DNA of 64,000 nt from Octopus sinensis (lineage: Eukaryota), in the NCBI RefSeq assembly GCF_006345805.1, contig NW_021831843.1, forward strand, positions 1-64,000, in the 5' to 3' direction. Position numbers and translations under genes: made by a program. Below the pieces are notes generated by a model. That model saw only the letters and a list, made by a program, of their open reading frames with translations, made no database searches and was not told the origin of the DNA. This document shows positions 54,818-64,000 of this stretch, in pieces (within the stretch, counting starts at the first letter, position 1; every line of letters begins with the position of its first letter).

Positions 54818-55020
54818 ACTGCGGCCATGTTGGGGTACCGCCTTGAAGAATTCTTCGTAGAATGAATCGACGCTAGTACATTTGTTTTAAGCTGGGTACT
54901 TATTCTATCGAAATCTTTTGCTAACCCGAGGCAATAGAACAAAACATGCCCAAGCTACCACGCATTGGGACTGAACCCGGAAATATGTGGTTGATAAGCA
55001 AGTTTCCTACTACACAGCCA
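54818..55020 (-). mobile_element. SINE family B, internally deleted
   Basis: CTGCGGCCATGTTGGGGTACCGCCTTGAAG tail; TGGGACTGAACCCGG...TACACAGCCA head. Confidence 0.8.
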
Positions 55021-56333
55021 AGTTCCAAAATTTAATCAGTAACACAACGGCGCCATGAGTTGATGCTGGACGAACGATATGACCAGATATAACCAACAAG
55101 ATTTGCTGAATGACTCAAGGATGTTAAGTTTCTCCCTAGCCGAAGTGTTTCGTGCACATGTACTATGCTTCCTATGAGAACGACCTTGAATCACTGCTAT
55201 AGATTCTCAGCTAATAAATAATACATAAACACGCTCGTGTGCGTGTATATTGCCTTGTATTAAATATACGTTAACGGAACAATAGTGCTTCTATATGATC
55301 AATCGATCTGCCTGAAGAAAGCAGCAAAACTCTGGTATACAAGCGACTAGGGCATGTGATCCATGCTGATCAAATGCACAAGTCACTTCTTCCTCCTGCT
55401 GCACAAGAACTGACTCAGTAAGCAGGAGAGTCCTGATCTTCTTAGTATTTCTCGGTCACTTATTCACACATATGCACGAAGACTTAGAAGAACATGCACA
55501 TACACGTATCCCACGTATTGTTCGTGTATCACTCAGGGTATGATCACACAAAGATACAAACACATGTACACGAAAAGAGAGCGACACACACTTACACACA
55601 AATATATTCATATACATACACGCACATAGAGCATATGTAGCTACAAACATACAGCATATGTAGCTACACGCATATATATGTATACGCATATATATGTGTG
55701 CGCGTGTGTGTATATATACATATATTTGCATGCATGTGTATATATATGTATGTATGTATGTATGTATCTATCTATGCATGCACGCATAGACACAGATACT
55801 GAATGCGTGTGAGTATATGTAACTGATTGTCCATAATACTTTTTCTATGTTAGCTGTATTTATTATTTCTAGCAGCGTTAATACTCGTGTGCAGCATGGA
55901 CATTTATTGAATAGTGCTCTTTGCTGATTTATCAGCTTATTCCCTCCGTTTCTACCCCACTCTTCATGCTGTTCTGACTTAGATGATCTTTAATCCATAA
56001 TACAGCATTAGCTTAATAAAAAACGGATGCCATGCTGAAATAAAAGACTACACAATGGATACAAAACCTAATCAGCCGATGTATACTTTTTATACTTTAT
56101 TTCCTACTTCGGTTTATATGTTTAGTTCCGCGTGAAGACTGTTATATACTAAATACATACATAGATACCTAGATACATATATACATACATACGCACACAT
56201 ATATACACATGCACACGTATACACAACCATACATACATAAGACATATATACACCCATATATACATTTATATTTATACATATATACACACACGCACACATA
56301 TGTGTATATATATGCATATATATATATATATAT

Positions 56334-56372
<39 letters not shown>

Positions 56373-56953
56373 TACATAAATATCTATATAGGTAGTTAAG
56401 CATCCATATACACGTATATACACATACGTAATTGTATAATCGTATATATATATGCATATATACATGCATGTATGTATAAGTATATGGTTACTCATATTAT
56501 ATATATATATATATATATATGTAGGTATTTATATGTTTATGTGTATGGTTTATATATCTATTCTTATCCACCTAGCGCATTATCTATATCTGAGTGCATA
56601 TATATATACACAGATATACATACATACATACATACATGCATACATACATACATACATACATACATACATACAAGCAAATTGCGAAGTAGGCAACACAGAC
56701 AGATACATAACACAACATATTCACTTGAGAAGGGATCTGGCTTTCACCGTCAAATGATTTAGATCCGGCGATCTCCTGTTTTTTTTTTTTTTATAAATTA
56801 CATTTACTTCTCCCGGTACGTTGCCACCTTCTAGAAATACTAGCAACAACATGTCACGTTCATCTCTGTATCAATACCGTAATGAATTTGAAAGAAGGTT
56901 ATTAATTCCAGACGAATGGGGAATAACCAATTATGAAATATGAATATAATATC

Positions 56954-57403
56954 CAGGTGCGGCTGCGTAGTTAGAGGCTTACTTCCCAACTCTATGGTTT
57001 CATGTTCAATCCCACTGCGTGTACCTTCGATAAGTGTAATGTATAGCCTTGGGCCGACCAAAGCTTTGTAAATTGACTTGCTAGACGGAAACTGAAAGAA
57101 GCTCGTTTTATATATATATTTGTGTGTGTGTGTGTGTGTATGCGTGTGCGTGTGTGTGTGGGAGGTTGTAAGTGTCTTTGTGTCTGTGTTTGTCATCCCA
57201 TCACTGCTTGATAATTTATAAAAAAAAAAAAAGGAGATCGCCGTATCTAAATCATTTGACGCTGAAAGCCAGATAAAGAGACCGACAGAATATATACTAG
57301 TCTTAAGACGTAAGTCCTGGGGCGATTTATTCGACTGAAAATATTTAAGGCGGTGTTCCAGCATGGCCGCAGACTATTGAGTGAAACAAGTACAAGAATA
57401 ATA
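56954..57403 (+). mobile_element. SINE family B carrying a foreign inverted insert
   Basis: GTTCAATCCCACTGCGTG, GGGCCGACCAAAGC, AGACGGAAACTGAAAGAAGC, AAGGCGGTGTTCCAGCATGGCCGCAG. Confidence 0.85.
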
Positions 57404-58755
57404 GAATATGGCTTCTTTTTGTATTTGCGTGTTTGTATTTTCTTTTCGGCATTCGAAACCAAACGAATTAAATTTAAAATTTTCACAAGCATCTGTTTCG
57501 TCAGTGGAATAATCTGAATAAAAATAGCTGACTGATGAAAGAGGCATAGTAAAGTTTATGGAAACTTTACATTCATCTAGTTTGCTTTTTCCTATTTGAT
57601 ATAAAAATGCTTGTTGTGGGCCCCTAAAAAAAACCTAGCATGAAGTGTGCACATGTTTCTTTGTGTACACTAAATGTGTATGTTATCAAGCTGTGATATG
57701 ACGTTTTATATCTTGGTGTGATGTACGATGGTACCTTATATTATTGTGATATCATGTATGCTATGCTCCGTCGTGACAGTATATCTATTGTGATGTTTCG
57801 ATGATGTGCGTATATGGTGGTGTGTTATAATAATATATGCTGGCAGGATGTAGTGATGATGATAAACACGCTCGATTCCAATGAAATTATATACGTATAC
57901 AGTTATGCTCAACTTGGTGTTGTAGTGTGATTACATATATGCTGGCGTACTCTCAAATTATGATTTGTATGATTTAAAGGGTTGATGTGTGATAATTTGG
58001 ACTTTTGTCTTTCGTGGTGTAATGTTGTGCAATGTATTTGATAGTGTACTGTTAATCTGATGATGCGTACGCAAGGCATGTTGTGATGTAAGACGCTAGA
58101 AATTATATTGCTTCAGCTCCCTCTTCAAGTAGTCTACGTCTTTGCAGAAGGCAAACCGGTCTGCTTTGCCGAAAGGTACCGACGACAATAATTCATATTT
58201 AAAATAAACCGAGATACCAACACTCATCTTTACGTCTACTATTCCTGTGTTGAATATAGATTAAAGCCTTACAATACGAAGAAATATAATAACTATAATT
58301 ATCGAGTTTTGTTAGCATTTGAAGTTGAGCAGCTAAAACTTTAAATAGATGGCTGTTTTATGCAGAAGCAGATGTAGCAGATATAGTGATATTATATGTG
58401 CAATCGTATGAAAGCATGAGTGTGGACGAATACGTATTAGTATATATGAGTATTTGATTGTGATACACAGATAAAGGGAGATGTCTAGTAGCTATTTAGC
58501 ATCTTCTAAACTGTGTTAATATCCAATGTAACACGACCTTTTTCACGAGAAAAAAAGTGTAAGATACAAAAGGGAAATAACTGGGAAATCCATTGTATAA
58601 TTTATTCATTTTAAAAGACTGATAATTGCCGAGTAATTGATGTTTTATTTTAATGAATAGCTCATAATGAAAAACATATAAATAAATAAATAAAGATTGG
58701 AAGATTCAAGATTAGAAGACGAAAAAAAAAACTTATAATCATAATAAAACTGAAG

Positions 58756-58801
<46 letters not shown>

Positions 58802-58808
58802 GATGATG

Positions 58809-58845
<37 letters not shown>

Positions 58846-58857
58846 TAAAGCAACAAC

Positions 58858-58919
<62 letters not shown>

Positions 58920-58920
58920 T
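58756..58920. repeat. (GAT)n-(AAT)n compound microsatellite
   Basis: Directly visible. Confidence 0.95.
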
Positions 58921-59551
58921 AAAAACCTTTCAAGCGACCGAAACAAATTACTATTCTAGAATAACAAAAAAATAATTATTATTGAAGAAAAAAATTTAAA
59001 CAACAACAAAGGAAGGAAAACATTGTTTGTTAACAAGGGGAGACCATTAATATGGAGAAAAAGATTTGTTTGACAAAAAAAAAACTAATAAAGAATAAAT
59101 GATAACAAAACAAGACAATAAGAAAAACACTACAAAAACATTGAACAATAATAAATAAACAACGCTGATTGTAGTTCTAAATTAGTGACTTTCTGCTGGC
59201 AATAATTACAAAAATAAAGCAATATAAAATAAGGTGTATCGTTTGTTCATTTTAGTTTTTAGAAAGAAAAATGGCGGAAAAACAACGGCAACAGTATTAA
59301 CAATAACGAAAATAACAAGAAAAAAATCAGCCGATAGTTGCTGCAGTATTAGAAATGTGTAAAATATGAATGTGATCAATAATCATAATCATAATAGTAA
59401 TCGTAATTTTGTCCACGGTAATATGGCATTAATTGATATTGATAATGGTAATGATGGTGATGGTGATGGTGATAGAGATGAAGGTACGAATAAGAAATAA
59501 ATATATTACGAAAGATGATAGCTATGATCATGATGACCCTGTTCATTTGTA

Positions 59552-59588
<37 letters not shown>

Positions 59589-59653
59589 CGCAGCAGCAGT
59601 AGTAGCGGTAATCATAAATGCCATATCATTTGTAATATATATATATATATATA

Positions 59654-59688
<35 letters not shown>

Positions 59689-60378
59689 CATACATAGATA
59701 TTGGTTTCAAGTGAATTGTATGATATATATGCAGTATGTAAGTTCCCACACACATGCACATATACACATATATACACACTCATACACAGACGCACTTATA
59801 TACGTACGTGCACACACATACACACACACGCACACTCACCCGCACTTACACACACACACACACATATATATATATACATATATATATCAATTCAATCCAT
59901 GAGCATCAGGAGGTTAAATGTAACCGGTTTCTTCCCTGTCTAGCTCAATGAAGTCTATATACACCCGCAAGATCCATATTAATGTAAATGCTGAACAATA
60001 TGATGAAGTCAATTAATAGTGTGTATATCTCTCTGGAATTGGCTTTTCGATTCGAACATAAGGCAGAAGGGAGTTTTGTCTGTGAATTGCGGAATATCGT
60101 ATACAATGCCTCATCTTTCATTGCGTTGCATATCTCAAAGCAGACACAACCTATGTACGTGTGTATGTATGTATGTATATATATATATATATATATAATA
60201 TAATATATATATATATATATATATAATATATATATATATACATATAATAACATACATATATATATAATATATATATATATATGTATAGATGTATGTACAA
60301 ATATATAAATACATACATGCATATGTGTATGTATGTATATATATATATTTCTATGCATATATATCATATATTCTATGC

Positions 60379-60464
<86 letters not shown>

Positions 60465-61130
60465 TACATGCATACATATACATATTAATATTTATGTATA
60501 TATACGTGCACTTACCGTAGCACACACCCAAACAAAGACGCACATATACACATATACATTCATACAGTCATATAAATGTTAAAGACATCAATAACTATTA
60601 ATGTAATTAGACCATTTTAACAATAGATCTAACCTCGTTATAATTCATTTTTTTAGTCACCATATTAATAAATGTTATTTATTGCTACATAATTGTATAA
60701 ATATTTCTGTACGCAATAACGCACAATCCTTGCTAGAGATATGAATATAGTATACATTACAAAGACACATATGCACATGTTTATGTGTATGTGTCCGCGC
60801 ATGCGTAGATGCATTGGAAGTCTCTCACAAGATTAACTCTTCGGGTACTTCGTTGTGAATGGATATTTTTCATTGCAAACATTGGAGAAAATGAATATTT
60901 GTCTTTTCTTGTTTTCGCATGTTTGTTTTGCAAACAAACATACAATCGTACGCAGACACAAGAACAAACACTGACCAAACAGGAACACATATACATGAGT
61001 GAGCGCGCGTATGCGCGTGTTTGTGAGAGTTTGTGTGTGTCTGCGTGTGTTTGTGTAGATCTGCACCTTTAAATACATATATAATGTATACACAGCACTT
61101 CAGATAAACACCCACAAACCTGTATGTATG

Positions 61131-61162
<32 letters not shown>

Positions 61163-61202
61163 TGTATGTATGTATGAGTCATCTATCTATCTATCTATAT
61201 AT

Positions 61203-61233
<31 letters not shown>

Positions 61234-61513
61234 TGTAATAATGTATGTATGTATGTATGTGTTGTGTGTGTGTATGTATGTGTATATATAGTAAATCCCC
61301 AAAATAATAAACACAAAAGACATAACAACGCAAGGACGTGGTACATGTAATGTATTAGCAGACTCTCAGGCAAAGAAAGATAGTTTAACGTTTTGAGCAG
61401 ACGCTCTTCTTCGGAAACAGAGGAAAGTCCTAAAGAAGGGAAGACTGAGGGAGAAAATTGCCAACGATTCACATGTGGTTATATTTTGAAATGATTTGTG
61501 ATATATATTTTAC

Positions 61514-61652
61514 TTTCCGTCTACCAAATCCACTCACAAGACTCTGGTCTGCCCGAAGCTATAGTATAAGCCACGTGTCCAAGGTGCTACGCAGTGAGAT
61601 TGAACCCGGAGCTATGTGGCTGGGAAGCAAGCTTCTAACCACGCAGCCAGTC
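61514..61652 (-). mobile_element. SINE family B 5' half
   Basis: TTTCCGTCTACCAAATCCACTCACAAG ... CAAGGTGCTACGCAGTGAGATTGAACCCGG. Confidence 0.85.
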
Positions 61653-62800
61653 CTATTTATTTATTTATTGTTTCATTATTATCTATTATTTTTCTTTTGG
61701 TTTATACACTCCCCATGAAATTGTCTCTTCGATTGGAACTCCTGGCTTTCAGCTTCATACAACTCTGCTTTATACTTCTCAGTATTCAATCGCTATGTTG
61801 TCTGCTAGCTGGGGCCTGCTAGAAGAACCGTGCATAACAGCCACATGATTCTATAAAACCATACAGTTTATCCCTTACAGGGTGTATTCTTTTATACACC
61901 TTACTCATATGGTGATTCTCATCTTTGCATTAATAAGAATAATGAATACATTCTCGAAGTTGACTGCGCGATTTTTAAATGCAAGACCTGGTGCAATATA
62001 GTCTTCCTCATAAACACACCGTGAATGGACCAATAACTAAGGCACACACACATATAAATACCAATAGTTCAAATATTACATGTAGGCAGCGGTATTACAT
62101 GAACTCAACGGTATTACGTTAAGTGAACGTCATTGCGTGAAGATAAATATGATGGTTTATCAGATTTATAGTGTAAAATATATTGTATCCAGCCATGAAC
62201 TCCCTGGTTCCCGAATTTATTTGGAGTCTGATATAGGAACTATAATCGAGATTACAATATATAATTACTAAGAATACATTGAAAAAAAAAGAAACAGGCA
62301 GGCTAGCCTGTAATATCATATTACTTAAGATTTATAGCTTATAATAAAAATGATAATTGTTATTATTATTATTGTATATTATATTATACTGTATTATATT
62401 ATATTACATTATATTTATATTATATTTTAATTATGTTATAGTATATTATATTACATTATATATACATACTGTCACGACATTCACTGTAGCTTGTGAAGCT
62501 TGCACTCTAAACGGCATTAAAATCCGAATAAACTTCAGTTTCGGAGTCTGAATGTTCGAGTCAGAGTGCAGTAAATTCTCTGATGACATACCTAATCATT
62601 GGAATATTGGTATATAATACTGTATACTGAGCAATAGTATACGATATTGAACCATACTATGCTTCACTATAGAAACCAATGATAGTACCTCTAAATGTGT
62701 GCTAAACTGTTAGAAATAGTTGTTGGTTTTATCAAAAGTACACCACTCTGACTTATAGAACCAAAGGACACATTTTGGACTATGTGGGCCCTAAAATACA

Positions 62801-62832
<32 letters not shown>

Positions 62833-63211
62833 TTGGTTACTACTCCTTTAAGGTAGGATCAACAAAAATGTACTCCATCCAGTGTGAGATGCATAAAAAT
62901 TAATATACACTGTATTAAAAAAAGAGCCAATGTTAGAAGAAACCATATGGGCAGAACAAGAAGCTTGATTGTAAACACAAAGCACGTCATAAAAATCTGC
63001 TGAACCAAGTGTCTCAATGGCAAGAAACTATTTCAATACAGTGTATATAACTGGGTATATATACATAGATATACACATATATTTGTATGCATGTATGTAT
63101 GTATGTGCGTATGTATGTATGTACGTACGCATGTATGTATGTATGTATGTATGTATGTATGTATGTATGTATGTATGTATGCATGTATGTAAAGAGTAAG
63201 GATAAATATTC

Positions 63212-63530
63212 ACTTCGGTCATTAAGGGCAATAGTATTCCACCTACAAATTTACCCATCGAGGCACAAGTCCACACAAGTTTGTTTATGGAAGACCAGCA
63301 GTCACCCATGCATACCACCCTCTCTTCTCCATGCCACTGATGTTAATCAAGGTAGATACAGTTTGGCACCAGCGACGTCGCAAATCATTACTAAAACAGA
63401 GCGAACGGGAGAAACGTGAAATAAAGCGTTTTGCGCAAGAACACAACACACAGCCCGGTCCAGGAATCGAACTCACAACGTCATGATTCTGACCTCGATG
63501 CTCCAGCAAACTGAGCTATGTGTCTTCACA
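63212..63530 (-). mobile_element. SINE family C, near full length
   Basis: Minus strand: GAAGACACATAGCTCAGTT head, GAGTTCGATTCC B-box, GTGTTGTGTTCTTGCGCAAAACGCTT core, distinct GACTGCTGGTCTTCCATAAAC tail. Confidence 0.7.
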
Positions 63531-63533
63531 TGT

Positions 63534-63574
<41 letters not shown>

Positions 63575-63661
63575 CATATATATATATGTATGGTATTTAT
63601 TTATGCGTCTCTCTCTCTCTCACCCTCTCTCTCTCTCTCTCTCTCTATCTCTCTTATATAT

Positions 63662-63692
<31 letters not shown>

Positions 63693-64000
63693 TACATTAC
63701 ATACATATATACATATTAATATGCATTCTATCAACTGACACATTTTTGCACTCAAACAAGTTGAGACAGAGCAATGGAGAATTGATGCAGGGTTAAAGAT
63801 CAACAACAAACTATACTATGTTATTCCATTATATTCTGTTTTACTTCTATTTATAATTAGTAATATTTTTAAAATATTTTTTTAATTAATTAGACGAGAA
63901 TCATTTTTATTTATTCTTCGTATTTTCTTTTGGCTATTGCTATTGTCATCGCCGACGTCGACGTTGATGTTGCTGCTGTAGTTTCTGCTGTTGTTGTTGT

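Noticed and set aside
61877-62240. Tc1/mariner remnant starting TACAGGGTG
   Set aside because: No matching second TIR and only vague peptide similarity

Overview
AT-rich, microsatellite-saturated eukaryotic non-coding DNA, most likely from an octopus/coleoid cephalopod genome. That assignment is inferred from the dense (AT)n, (AC)n, (AG)n, (AGAT)n and (AAT)n arrays and from tRNA-derived SINE families with Meta-like and CORE-like cores that I recall from Octopus. I can support no protein-coding gene: almost every ORF in the track is a translated microsatellite or SINE, and the only weak exon candidate is ~4639-4853. The window reads as a giant intron or gene desert. It holds three tRNA-SINE families (about 25 copies), two 5'-truncated copies of a non-LTR 3' end sitting only in (TAA)n arrays, a CR1 3' fragment, a TA-flanked Tc2/pogo-like MITE and two Penelope-like end fragments with hammerhead-like motifs. 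It also holds a ~390-bp non-autonomous RTE derivative whose 5' UTR forms an elaborate RNA fold, which is the best candidate for an uncharacterised functional RNA. Other structure includes a nested 50+15-bp hairpin, an inverted templated copy inside a SINE, a ~580-bp tandem duplication and a degenerate satellite. Family names come from remembered motifs, not a database search, and boundaries of degenerate copies are approximate.
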